Part shown: piece after piece, positions 53,105 to 63,349 of the stretch
Layout of the letters: every line of letters begins with the position of its first letter
How positions within the stretch are numbered: the stretch's first letter is position 1
Source of the DNA: an uncultured Lentisphaerales bacterium
GTDB lineage: Bacteria > Verrucomicrobiota > Lentisphaeria > JABSQK01 > UBA12247
Assembly (NCBI GenBank): GCA_943788985.1
Contig: CALSSJ010000021.1
Span: 1-64,000, forward strand
Direction: 5' to 3'
Length of the DNA: 64,000 bases
Notes under the pieces: generated by a model
Told to the model about the DNA's origin: nothing
Database searches by the model: none
Seen by the model: only the letters and a program-made list of their open reading frames with translations
Position numbers and translations under genes: made by a program

Positions 53105-53234
53105 TTCGTACCGCGTGCAGCGTGAAAGTGCCATCCGGTGCTACCTGAACCGAGCCCCGTTGATGAAGACGCGACGGGCGTCGTCTAAGGGCGGCTGGCC
53201 GTGGAGGAGGAGTGCAACGAAGAAAAGAAGGATG

Positions 53235-53974
53235 GAACCACTAAATTTCACTAATCTTCACTAACTCCAGGGTCTGGGGTTGAGCGTGTTTTGTTCATTG
53301 TGGCTAGTGGTTCGGATTCTCTTCGGGGGCAGGATGGGCAGCAGGCGCCAGTTTGTTCATTAGTGTGGATTAGTGAAAATTAGTGGTTTGCTCTTCTTTT
53401 CTCTTTGCCGCTCAACCATTAGTCGCTGACATATCGTTTCCATTCCAGCTTGCTAGGATTACCAAAGTTGATCAGGTAGCCCACTGGCTTGCCGGTCGCT
53501 TTGAGGTAGTTCAGGATCTGGGCGGCTTCGACCTTGGAGAGGGCTTTCAATGCTTTCAGTTCGACAACAATTCCATCGCTCACATAGAGATCCGGCCGAT
53601 ACCGCTTCTGCAACTCCTGGCCCTTATACACGATCCGCAACTGCGGCTGGGACTCAAAATCGATCTGTCGGCTGCGAAGCTCCAATTCCAAGGCCTCTTG
53701 ATAGACATCTTCAAGGAAACCCGGCCCCAAGGTATTGTAAACCTCGAATGCCGCCGCCATCAGATCATAGCCCTCTTGCTCATACGCCATAAAAATTAGT
53801 GCCAATTAGTGAAAATTAGTGGTTCGTATTCTGGCTGTAAGCAGGCCGTGAAGGGGGAGCAGGAAGAAGAGAAGAAAATGGAACCACTAATTTTCACTAA
53901 TCTTCACTAATGAATCAATCCACATATATCAGGCCCTTCTTACATTAGTGAAGATTAGTGAAAATTAGTGGTTC
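53235..53974. repeat. Five 30-bp repeats (consensus GAACCACTAATTTTCACTAATCTTCACTAA) in both orientations around the GxxExxY gene
   Basis: Forward at 53235-64 and 53881-910; reverse at 53360-89, 53796-825 and 53945-74. Confidence 0.93.
53419..53790 (-). CDS. GxxExxY protein (PD-(D/E)xK nuclease superfamily)
   Basis: GPGFLEDVY, YRPDLYV, VVELKA, QILNYLKAT, GYLINFG. Confidence 0.93.
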   Translation of the reverse strand: MAYEQEGYDLMAAAFEVYNTLGPGFLEDVYQEALELELRSRQIDFESQPQLRIVYKGQELQKRYRPDLYVSDGIVVELKALKALSKVEAAQILNYLKATGKPVGYLINFGNPSKLEWKRYVSD

Positions 53975-54147
53975 GCATTCTGGCTGTGGCTGGCTGTGGC
54001 TGGCTGTGAAGGTGGAGTAGGAAGAGTTTGATAAGTCGAGGCAGCGTAAATGTTCCAGTGGAATACCCTAAGAATGTTAGATCTGCCGTGACATTCAGCC
54101 AGCAGCCCTATCCTTAATTGCCTCCGGCTGTTTGCCAGTGGATATAC

Positions 54148-55095
54148 CTATTCCTTCACTGGGGCGCGAAGCGTGCGGTCGACTGGCCATGGGGCGCCTT
54201 CGGCGATCCACTGCTTAATCAGGGCGCTTTCCTCGGCCCTAAGGGGCTCGCCCTTAGCGGGCATGATGTCGTCGTGGTCGGCGTCGAGAATGGTCAGCAG
54301 ATACAGTGGGCTTTCGTCGGGCTTGCCCGGCACGAGTACGGCATCGAAATCGGGGCCCCGGTCGAGGGCAAAGCGCGTGTGCATGCTGAGGTCGCCCTTG
54401 TCCTTCTCAGGATTGTGGCACTGGAGGCAGCGGCGTTCGAGAAGCGGGGCGATGTCACGGTCAAAATTCACCGTAGCTTGTTCGACGGCTTCGGCCGGTT
54501 CTGAATCCTTTCGCTGGCTTGTGGCGGCAGGCTGTTTCTCCATGACGGCAGCCACGGGCGATGTCTTGACGGCAACGGGTCTGGGCGGTGGCCGCATCAG
54601 ATCGACGCAAAATTTGATGGCAACTGCGAGTAGGATGAGCAGCATGGCCTCGGCAAAGCGCCAGGTCCCGCTCGCTGCAGGCTGCGCCTTGAGCGCCGGC
54701 ATGGCTGGCTTCGGTGCCGCAGACTTTCGGCGTGACTTTAGGACTGTTCTCTTTGCGGTTTTTGCCTTATCGATCTTGTCCACGGCGGTGGGAGGGGCCT
54801 CTTCCGCTACCTCGTACCAGATGTCCTCCCCCTCGTAACCGAGCTGAAAGCGCTCGCTGGGCGCAATCCCGTAGGGGCCAGCGATCTTGTGGGTGTCGAT
54901 GTAGACGCCATTGGTAGAGGCTAGGTCATCGACGAAGATTCTTCCAGAACGTAGAAATATAGTGGCATGGTGCGAGGAAGCGCTAGCGATGCCCACCGTC
55001 AGAGTAGCAGCCTGGTCACGCCCGATTGTGGCGCGATCTTTGCTAAGATCTACAGTGACCTTGGCCCCGCTACCGGCTACTAGCTCGACAATCAA
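54148..55095 (-). CDS. FHA domain, TM helix and planctomycete-type cytochrome c domain protein
   Basis: IGR, SSHHA, STNG (FHA); VNFDRDIAPLL..CLQCH, MP, WIAEGA. Confidence 0.85.
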   Translation of the reverse strand: MIVELVAGSGAKVTVDLSKDRATIGRDQAATLTVGIASASSHHATIFLRSGRIFVDDLASTNGVYIDTHKIAGPYGIAPSERFQLGYEGEDIWYEVAEEAPPTAVDKIDKAKTAKRTVLKSRRKSAAPKPAMPALKAQPAASGTWRFAEAMLLILLAVAIKFCVDLMRPPPRPVAVKTSPVAAVMEKQPAATSQRKDSEPAEAVEQATVNFDRDIAPLLERRCLQCHNPEKDKGDLSMHTRFALDRGPDFDAVLVPGKPDESPLYLLTILDADHDDIMPAKGEPLRAEESALIKQWIAEGAPWPVDRTLRAPVKE

Positions 55096-56352
55096 AACAG
55101 CGCGAGAACCGGCTTGCCGCCATTGGCGATGGTGAAGGGGCGACCAGACTTGGAATACAGTTCATGGGCAGGATCGATGCCGACCGCATGCGCGATAGTC
55201 GCGTTAAGATCTTTGACGCTAACGACCTTTTCTGCCACCGTCGCACCTCGTGAGTCGGTCGCACCGTAGACCTGCCCGCCCTGTACTCCGCCGCCTGCAA
55301 GCATGCAGGAAAAGGCCTTCGGATGGTGCCCCCGCCCATTGCCATCGTTAATCTCAGGGGTGCGGCCAAACTCACTTACTAGTACAACGAGGGTGTCTTC
55401 GAGCATGCGACGGCGGTGCAGGTCGTCCAAAAGCGTGCCGAGACCGGCGTCGAGTTGCTGGAGTTGCTTCTCGAGCCGCTCGAAGTTGTCGGTGTGCGTG
55501 TCCCAGCCGCCAAAGGTGACCTCGACAAATTTGATGCCATGCTCGACGAGTCGACGCGCAAGCAGGCAGCCCTGGCCAAAGTTATTCTTGCCATAGCGTT
55601 CGCGGAGGTTCTTGGGCTCACGGGCAATGTCAAACGCTTTGAGCTCGCTGGATTTCATGAGCTTCACGGCATCTTCGTAGGCCTGGGCGTACCCGTCCAC
55701 CTGGCGACTCTCGAAGCGGGAGTCGAACTTTGTGTTCAGGGTGCGAAGCAGCTGCATGCGATGCTCGAAGGTCCCTTCGTCCACGTGTGGCGGCGGCGAG
55801 ATGTTACTGAGGCCGGCTTCTGCGCGACTGATGCGCAGTGGTTCAAACTCTGGCTCGAAGAAGCCAGCGCCGATCGGATTACGAGCCCCAATATTGATGT
55901 TTCCCGGTAAGGTCTCGCTGTTCTTCCCAGAGAGTTTGAGCGCCCAGGCCCCCGAGTCCCGGATGCTGAATGGTGCCGAGCATTGGATAGCTGGTGCGCA
56001 TGAAATAGGAGCCACGCTCATGGCTGCCTTCCTTGGAGGTCATCGACCGGATTATCGCTGCGTGCTGCAGTTGTCGCGCAAGCAAGGGCAGTCGATCCGA
56101 GATCCGCTCGCCAGTGATGGAGGTGCGCATGGGAGCAAACTCGCCAGCAACCTCTTTATCCTGCTTGGGGTCTAGCGTGTCGAGATGGCTCATGCCGCCA
56201 GCCATGTACAGGTAGATGACGCGCTTGGCCTTTCCCCCGTGATCGGCCGCCTGCGCGGAAAAGCTGGAGAACAAGCCCACTCCTAGGCAGGCTTGGGCCA
56301 TGCCAGTAAGAAACTCGCGTCGGTCCAAGTCAGATGCTTTGGTTATATTCAT
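55092..56352 (-). CDS. DUF1501 family protein with Tat signal, frameshift near 55950
   Basis: DRREFL, GGMSHLDTLDPK, LLARRLVE.G, GGWDTH, SEFGRTP, GRGHHP. Confidence 0.9.
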
Positions 56353-56365
56353 GAGAGGCTCCGGA

Positions 56366-58294
56366 TTATTGAATAAACAGGAATTCGCGACTGTTCAGGA
56401 TCGCCCAGACCAGATTCTGGAGGCCTTCCCGGCCGCCATTGGCGTACTCAGTCCGAACCAGTTTGCGTTCATCGGCGGTGGGGCGGCGACTAAGCAAGGT
56501 GACGAACAGGCGATCGGCAAGCTCACTGCTGGAACACGCAAGTAAGGTCTTCATTAGCGGCATCTTTGCCTGGGTCAGGGTGCTGGACAGCTTGCCGTTC
56601 ATGAGCGCAAGCACCTGTGGGATACTGGGCTCGATGCTAGAGCCATTGATCACTTCGCGCTCGGATTGACCGAAGGCTTGGAGGAAGCCATCGTCTCGCC
56701 CTCCGCCAGGCCTCATCTCGGATGCTCGTGCTACAAACGGTCCATTGTTGCCTTTCGTTCGCCTCTTGCGCATCGTGCGATTGGCCTCCATCATCATGGA
56801 TCGCTTGGCCTTCATCGTATCGCGTACGGATTCGAGAATCTTCTCAGCGCTCATCTCGCTGAGGTCGGGCATGGCGGCCATCATTTCTGCTCCCTGTCTG
56901 CGATTGGGCCCAGCTTGCGCTCGTCCACGTCATCGCTCAACAGAGTCATGAATGAGTCCCAGAGCTGCTCGGCCCGCATTCTGCGCAGGGGGCGCGCCTG
57001 GGCGTAGTAATTCCGTGGTGTGATGGCGCTGGCAGAGACCGCGCTTTGGTAGGCCCGGGTGTTGCAGAGAATGCGGGTAAACTCGCGCATGTCATAGCCA
57101 ATGGTGGTAAAATCTCGGCCCAGCTGCGCCAGCAAGGCATCATCGATGGCCTCACTCTTGTCCTTGAAGTCGTCGATGGGCTCATGAATGGCTATTCCCA
57201 TCAGGCGCTTCCAGATCCGGTTTGCCATGACTGTCGCGAACCGCGGATTGTTCCGGTCAGTGAGCCAAGCGGCGAACGCTTCGCGGTGATTGTCATACTG
57301 ACTGAGCAGCGGCATAGTGCCAAAAATGACTTCTGGCACTGCTTTGCTATTTGGCTTCGCGTTGGCGTAGGCGTAGTCCTTGGGATAGCGGAGCGACTTG
57401 CGTTCGGCGGTGTGGACATTTAGCGTGATTTCGTTCAAAAAGCGCCGTATTGCAGCGTTCTCTTGGGGGCTGAGCTCCTCTTGCAGCTCACGCAACTTTT
57501 TCCGCTCGTTGCGATCGGCGAGCATATTCAGCCCACCACGGGTGTCGACTTCGCCAAAGAAGGCGGCAAACTGATAGAAATCTTTTTGCTTCCATTTGTC
57601 GAACTTGTGGTCATGGCACTGGGCGCACTGCAGCTGGGTGCCGAGAAAAACTTGTGCGGTCATGGCGGCAGTCTCAAGAATGCGGCCTCCGTCTCGGACC
57701 CAGTAGCCAACAGCACCATCGTCTAAAAGCCGTCCTTCGGCGGTCAGTAGCTCGCGAGCCATCTGATCGTATGGCTTGTTTTGCTCAATGGAATCCTTGA
57801 TCCACGCGGGATAGTTTCCAGCATCTCCGCGGATTGGCGCAGCCCGCAACAGGTCTGCCCAGAAATTGTAGGTGTGACTGACATAGGCTGGCGACGCCAG
57901 CAGAGTATCGATCAGGGCGCTTCGCTTGTCCGCAGAACTGTCATCCAGAAACGCTACGGCCTCGTCATGAGTGGGAATACGCCCGGCGAGATCGAGGTAG
58001 AGGCGACGCAGAAATTCTTGGTCGGTCACAAGACGTTCCTGCGTCAAGCCCTTGCGTTGGAGTAGCCCGGCCACAGTTTCATCGATCCTGCGACTAGCGG
58101 CTGGCTGGACGGATTGCATCCGCTTTGACTGGACAGCTTTTGCTTTCGCGGCCCGGCGCAGACGCCTCCTTGGCCGCGGAGTTCGCAACGGTTGGCACTG
58201 GCGAGGATGGGCCGAAGATTCTAGGCAGCCACAGCGATAGGCTGAAGATGACGATCACATAGAGGAGATAGAAGAGTGCTTTTCTCGAGTTCAT
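56366..58294 (-). CDS. DUF1549/DUF1553 (PSD1/PSCyt-type) protein, frameshifted near 58110 and 56885
   Basis: FLRRLYLDL.GR.PT, NKPYD, FLG.QLQCAQCHDHKFD, NRIW..LMG, AEQLWDS, WAILNSREF. Confidence 0.88.
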
Positions 58295-58382
58295 GGCGTA
58301 CCTAGGAAAAGAGTGATATTACAGAGGTACGTGTTGAATGGCACAATCGTATGCTGCAGGACATTGGGCAAGCCTGGACAGC

Positions 58383-58742
58383 TCACGGCAGCAGATAGCC
58401 GGGGGCACCTTGGATTGCGGAGTTCGCACCGCGAATCGCGGTCGCGGGGAGCCGAATCACAGACTGGAGAATGGAGAACGGTGCCATGAGCCCACGGCCT
58501 AGGTTTTTACCGCCTCGATTTAGGCCCAGTCCGGGCAGTGGAGACAGGATTAGCTCAGAAGCCCCCATGGGCAGGTAAACCAAATCGGCCACGCCGGAGA
58601 CGAGGTTTGCGGCCTCGTTGGCCGTGGCTGAAACGGAGGGCAGCGCCTGGATGGCGGCTACATACTCGGGCAGAATGGGCAATGCAGATGCCTGTGGTGC
58701 GAGGAACCCAATCAACATGACTGTACATAACGCTCGCTTCAT
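58383..58742 (-). CDS. Hypothetical exported protein
   Basis: Signal-peptide-like N-terminus; co-oriented gene string. Confidence 0.6.
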   Translation of the reverse strand: MKRALCTVMLIGFLAPQASALPILPEYVAAIQALPSVSATANEAANLVSGVADLVYLPMGASELILSPLPGLGLNRGGKNLGRGLMAPFSILQSVIRLPATAIRGANSAIQGAPGYLLP

Positions 58743-58768
58743 GATACTTGCCTTTTGTTTCGTGCTTG

Positions 58769-59326
58769 CTAGTAGCGCCTGACCGGGGCCTGAGCGCGCT
58801 TCGCGTGCGCCCGCTTGACCGCGTTCACGATCGTCTGCTTCTGGAAGGAACGGGCCGCCCGTGTGAGCTGGTTCATCTCTCCGGGTTGGGCGCTGGTGAA
58901 GCAGGCCACGTAGGTTTCACCGACCATGAGATCATCTTCGATCCCGCTCCCAGTTACGGTAGGAGTATAGCGCCGGGTGTGGTTCCCCTGACGATCGTAA
59001 TCATAGGGAATTTTAAAGGTGTACCGAAAGGAAATTCGTGCGTGGCGCTTCCCCCAGTTTCCGAAGAGCGTCTCGACCACAGTGGCGCGGTACTCGGTAT
59101 GCTCGGCTTTGACGCGGCCCGGCTGCCCGGTGGTAAGAATATGGCGCTCGACCCGCTCAACTTTGTGATCAATCCTGACCCGCAGCACGGCGTTGACGCT
59201 TCCAGCAAGATGCTCAAACTTGGCATACTTGCGGTAGTAGTGGTGCTTGGGTTCCCAATACCGATCTCCTGCCAGCAAGGGAACGGCCAGACACAACAAC
59301 AGTATGCTAATGTGACTCCGCTTCAT
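58769..59326 (-). CDS. Hypothetical secreted basic protein
   Basis: MKRSHISILLLCLAVPLLA signal peptide; GGAG RBS. Confidence 0.65.
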   Translation of the reverse strand: MKRSHISILLLCLAVPLLAGDRYWEPKHHYYRKYAKFEHLAGSVNAVLRVRIDHKVERVERHILTTGQPGRVKAEHTEYRATVVETLFGNWGKRHARISFRYTFKIPYDYDRQGNHTRRYTPTVTGSGIEDDLMVGETYVACFTSAQPGEMNQLTRAARSFQKQTIVNAVKRAHAKRAQAPVRRY

Positions 59327-60131
59327 TACACTCCGTGTCTGGGGGCGGGACGGGAAGGCGGGTGAGACAGATGCGGACCAAATGGGCCACCGGGCCAGCG
59401 AGGACGTATGCGTTTGCAGCCAACATGGTGATCAAACGCGGGCGCCAGCCGTAGAGAATACCGAGGGTAATGACTGCCAGCATTTTGAGCTTGTTGTGGC
59501 GGGCGCTGCCGAGCCAGCGGCCCACGTGGGGATACTCGATAGGGCTGACCATCAGCAGCCCGATCACTCCGGCATAGACGGGCAGCAACTGAGACAGCAT
59601 TGCGATGTCCGCATCCAGTTTGGGATCGGTATAGAAGAGGACGAGGGTTACGACGGCCGCGGCCGCGCCGGGAGACGGTAGGCCCGAGAACTCTGTAGGC
59701 TTTCCAGTGCCAGCAATCGCATGCACGTTGTACAACGCCAGGCGAAGCGCGGCACAGCCCATGTATACAGCACACAGCGCCCAAACCCAGCGATAGTCAA
59801 TCAGGCGCGCATCGAGTGTGTGCGCCATCACAGCGACCATGACCGCGGGTGCGACGCCAAAGGTGACCATGTCAGCTAGCGAATCCATCTGGGCGCCGTG
59901 CAGTGACATGGCGTTCAGCATCCGGGCGATCCAGCCGTCGAGCATGTCGAAAATCATGGCACCTACGATCAGCCAGGCACTGGTTCCAAGAATCTCCGCG
60001 CGCTCAGCGATCGTGGTCACGGCGTAGATATGGAGCAAATTGAGGATGGCACCGAAGCCGCACAGAGAATTCCCGAGCGTCAGACCGGTAGGGATAAAAC
60101 GGTACCATTGTCGTATGTGTGGGCGCTTCAC
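59307..60131 (-). CDS. pssA: CDP-alcohol phosphatidyltransferase (phosphatidylserine synthase-like)
   Basis: PTGLTLGN, DMLDGWIAR...G..MDSLAD.VTFGVAP, RLA.YN, F.GLPSP. Confidence 0.85.
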   Translation of the reverse strand: MKRPHIRQWYRFIPTGLTLGNSLCGFGAILNLLHIYAVTTIAERAEILGTSAWLIVGAMIFDMLDGWIARMLNAMSLHGAQMDSLADMVTFGVAPAVMVAVMAHTLDARLIDYRWVWALCAVYMGCAALRLALYNVHAIAGTGKPTEFSGLPSPGAAAAVVTLVLFYTDPKLDADIAMLSQLLPVYAGVIGLLMVSPIEYPHVGRWLGSARHNKLKMLAVITLGILYGWRPRLITMLAANAYVLAGPVAHLVRICLTRLPVPPPDTECNEAESH

Positions 60132-60631
60132 GTTAGGCAGAATTTAACCCTAGATGGAGAGAAAAACAATATCGGGTCAAAGGTGGCACGGTCGTGGTCT
60201 AGACAGTGAAAGCCGAAAAGGTCGGCGTGTTGGACGAAGAAGGGGGAGGACTTTCCGTCGCCCACCCAGGTTGCCAACAAGAAGGAAAGGTCTGGCTCAT
60301 GTAAGACGAACAGGATCCAACCGGCGACATCTCCGTAGATCAGCGCGGTGTTCAAGATATCCTCTGCGCCACAGCCTCCAGCGAGTTCCGGCGCTGGGAA
60401 GATTTTCTCACCGCGGTCGAAGGCCTGGGCAATGATAGCGGCCGTTTGGGTACAGCGCAGGGCGGGCGAATGCAGGATGGTTCCCGGGGAAATCCCAGTC
60501 TTCTGCAGAAACTCTGCGACGTCCGCGGTCTGTTCCCGCCCTAGCTCGGTGATCGGGCGCTCGCGATCGTACGAGACGCCTGCTTCCTGTCGACTCGCAG
60601 CATCGGCGTGGCGCATAAACAGCAGCTTCAT
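60128..60631 (-). CDS. sixA: SixA-like histidine phosphatase
   Basis: LFMRHA, ERPITE.G, SPALRC.QTA, HEP. Confidence 0.82.
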   Translation of the reverse strand: MKLLFMRHADAASRQEAGVSYDRERPITELGREQTADVAEFLQKTGISPGTILHSPALRCTQTAAIIAQAFDRGEKIFPAPELAGGCGAEDILNTALIYGDVAGWILFVLHEPDLSFLLATWVGDGKSSPFFVQHADLFGFHCLDHDRATFDPILFFSPSRVKFCLT

Positions 60632-60651
60632 ACGAGCGGACTCATGGAGGG

Positions 60652-61566
60652 TTACAGCTGGGCGAGCGCGGCTTCCGCCAGCTCTTCGGCACGATACGAA
60701 CTGCGCACGAGAGGGGCGCTTGCAACACCAGCGAAGCCCATTGCCTTGGCCTGGTCTGCCCAGTCGTCGAACTGCTCCGGCGTGACGTAGCGCTCTAACG
60801 GCCAATGTTGCTTGCTGGGTGGCAGGTATTGACCGATGGTCAGAATGTCGACATTTGCGGAACGCAGGTCTCGCAGGCATTGCAGCACTTCGTCGTCTGT
60901 TTCCCCGAGTCCTACCATGATTCCCGACTTGGTCGCCATACCGGGGCCAGCCACGTCTTTCGCATGGGCGAGTACAGCAAGGCTGCGGTCATAGCGCCCG
61001 CCACTGCGGATCGGCTTGGTCAAGCGCTCACAGGTTTCGAGGTTATGGTTGAAAACCAGCGGACGCGCGGCGACGACTTGATCGATCAATGGCAGGCGCC
61101 CTTTGAAGTCCGGGGTAAGAATCTCAACTTTTGCATGCGGAATCCGGCTACGGATGGCCTCGATAGTGGCCACGAAATGGGCCGCGCCCTTGTCTGCAAG
61201 GTCATCACGATCTACACTGGTCAGAACGACGTAATTCAGGCCCATGGTGGCTGCGGACTCTGCAACCCGAATGGCTTCCTCAGGATCAACAGGCTCCGGC
61301 TTGAACGAGGCGATCGCGCAGAAGGTGCAGGCGCGCGTGCAACGATTGCCGAGAATCATGAACGTCGCGGAACGCTTATGCCAGCATTCAGCCAGATTGG
61401 GGCACTTTGCGCTCTGGCAAACGGTGTTCAAACTCATATCTCGGACCAGGTCGGAGACATCCTGCCGGGCGCCTCCGGTGTGGACCTTCACACGAATCCA
61501 AGGGGGAAGACGACCTTCTGCTGCTGCTTTAGCGGCAATCTCGTGGTTTATCTGCTCTGCGATCAA
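60652..61566 (-). CDS. lipA: Lipoyl synthase
   Basis: TVCQSAKCPNLAEC, CTRACTFC, TSVDRDDL, NHNLET, KSGIMVGLGE, RSSY. Confidence 0.97.
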   Translation of the reverse strand: MIAEQINHEIAAKAAAEGRLPPWIRVKVHTGGARQDVSDLVRDMSLNTVCQSAKCPNLAECWHKRSATFMILGNRCTRACTFCAIASFKPEPVDPEEAIRVAESAATMGLNYVVLTSVDRDDLADKGAAHFVATIEAIRSRIPHAKVEILTPDFKGRLPLIDQVVAARPLVFNHNLETCERLTKPIRSGGRYDRSLAVLAHAKDVAGPGMATKSGIMVGLGETDDEVLQCLRDLRSANVDILTIGQYLPPSKQHWPLERYVTPEQFDDWADQAKAMGFAGVASAPLVRSSYRAEELAEAALAQL

Positions 61567-61573
61567 GGGAAAT

Positions 61574-63067
61574 CTAAGCCTTCTCTGGGGTTGATTCTTC
61601 GTCGGCGGGGGGATCGGGAAGGGGAGCCACGACTATTCTGGCACCTTCGGTGTGCGTCACTTCGATCGCGGTATCTCTATCAATGAACTCGCCTTCACTG
61701 ACTACATCTACGCGTTTCCCGTCGATCAGCGCAATTCCTGACGGGCGCAATGGGCTCTGCGTGGTGCCGTGCTTGCCAACCAATGCCATCTGAGCAACCA
61801 CGTCCAAGCCGACATAGCCCTGACTAGGAAGCTGCTCAGCTTCCAGCACAAGTTTTTTGTAGAACCTCGACTTGGGCAGGACCTTGGAAAGAAAAATCCC
61901 CCCGATCACTGTCAGTACGAGCACGAGGGCGAGTTGCCGAATGGCTTCGCTGAAATAGTCACTTAGGCCCTGTAGCTCGACGTTCGGCAATGGGTCGATG
62001 CCGGTAGGCCAGTGCGGCATCATCGTCATCACTAGCCCTGCGAATAAGGTTCCCAGCCCAAGTACCCCACAGATGCCAAACCCGGGCAAGACGAAAACCT
62101 CCGCTGCTAGCAATGCCAGTCCAACGACGATCAAGACCATGTCCCACTTGCCAGCCAAGCCGGCGACGGAATGCCCGAATAGAAAGATAGCGAGTGCCAC
62201 GCCGGCGATGCCCGCTCCCATGCCAATCCCGGGTGATTGCATCTCCGCGTAGAGGCCGAGCAGGATGCACATCATCACAATAGAGGTAATGAATGGGCTG
62301 GTCAGAAATTGGGCGATGCGTTCAGACTTCGTCACCTCTACGCGCACCACGTTGGTCCCGCCAAGATCGATCAGCTCGAGCAGTTCCTCTATGTTGTTCA
62401 CGATGCCGCGGGCAAGTAAGGGCGTCTCCATGGGCGCATACACGCGGCATGCTTCCTCGGCGGTGAGCGTCAGCAGCTGGCCCTTCTTGCACAGGACTTC
62501 ATCGCCAATCACCAGCTCCACATCAGGGTCGACCATCGCGACCGCCATTTCCTCTGAGTAACCATTCTCCTGTGCCAATGCCCGCACCAAAGCACGTGTG
62601 GGCGAGAAAATTTTCTCGCGCAAGCCGCCCGTAACTTCCTTCGGGCCTTCGTTGGTCATCATAATTGGCATGGCGTCGCCAATGGTCGCGCCGGGTGACA
62701 TGAAGATGCCATCGCAGGACATTGCCGTAATCGCCCCCGCGCTGATCGCCGAAGGGTTCACAAATGTGTACACGGGAATCCCGCCCTTGCTGCGGCAACT
62801 GCGAATTAGCTGAATGATCTCTTCCGTCTCTTTCAATCCGCCGCCAGGCGTCTTCATATCGATCACGACGGCCTTCACCCCGGCTTCCTCCGCCTCCTTG
62901 AAGCCACGACGCAGCACGTGCAGCAGCGCGCGATCAATCACATCTTGCAAGGGAATGACAACCACATCTTGAGCGGTGGCTTTGGGTGCATCTTGCTGCG
63001 CGAACGCAGGCCATGTCATGAGGGTCACGAGGAGCACGGCAAGTCTGGAACGAACCAATGGAATCAC
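61574..63067 (-). CDS. nfeD: NfeD-family membrane-bound serine protease (long form)
   Basis: TPGG, AISAGA, IGDAMP, EK, TM bundle, LRPSG..DVVSEG OB-fold. Confidence 0.88.
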   Translation of the reverse strand: MIPLVRSRLAVLLVTLMTWPAFAQQDAPKATAQDVVVIPLQDVIDRALLHVLRRGFKEAEEAGVKAVVIDMKTPGGGLKETEEIIQLIRSCRSKGGIPVYTFVNPSAISAGAITAMSCDGIFMSPGATIGDAMPIMMTNEGPKEVTGGLREKIFSPTRALVRALAQENGYSEEMAVAMVDPDVELVIGDEVLCKKGQLLTLTAEEACRVYAPMETPLLARGIVNNIEELLELIDLGGTNVVRVEVTKSERIAQFLTSPFITSIVMMCILLGLYAEMQSPGIGMGAGIAGVALAIFLFGHSVAGLAGKWDMVLIVVGLALLAAEVFVLPGFGICGVLGLGTLFAGLVMTMMPHWPTGIDPLPNVELQGLSDYFSEAIRQLALVLVLTVIGGIFLSKVLPKSRFYKKLVLEAEQLPSQGYVGLDVVAQMALVGKHGTTQSPLRPSGIALIDGKRVDVVSEGEFIDRDTAIEVTHTEGARIVVAPLPDPPADEESTPEKA

Positions 63068-63349
63068 CAGTTTTTAAGGAGGGGGCGTAAGCTCGAAATG
63101 TAACCCGGCTCTGAGCCGTCGCCAGCCGAGCCTAGCGCGACATCGTCGGCTAACCTTGCAGGGTACCCACCGCGACGTTATTCTTTCCGACTATTGATCA
63201 CACTGATTTGCTCCGGATTATGGCAGGCCAAACCCGAGTACTAGCGATCCGGCAAGCGCGATTTTGCCATTCTCGGCATTATTCTCGTAATTGCAGTCGC
63301 GTTCGGACCTGCCGAAGCCGTCACGGTACGCAGCAGCATAGTGCGCACT

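Noticed and set aside
53235..53974. CRISPR array interpretation of the 30-bp repeats
   Set aside because: Copies occur in both orientations, spacing is irregular, units are internally tandem and no cas genes are present.
29373..63297. Exact 15-mer TCTCGTAATTGCAGT at 29373 and 63283 as island-bounding direct repeats
   Set aside because: One or two 15-mer matches are expected by chance in 64 kb, it is not the tRNA 3' end, and the interval holds housekeeping genes.
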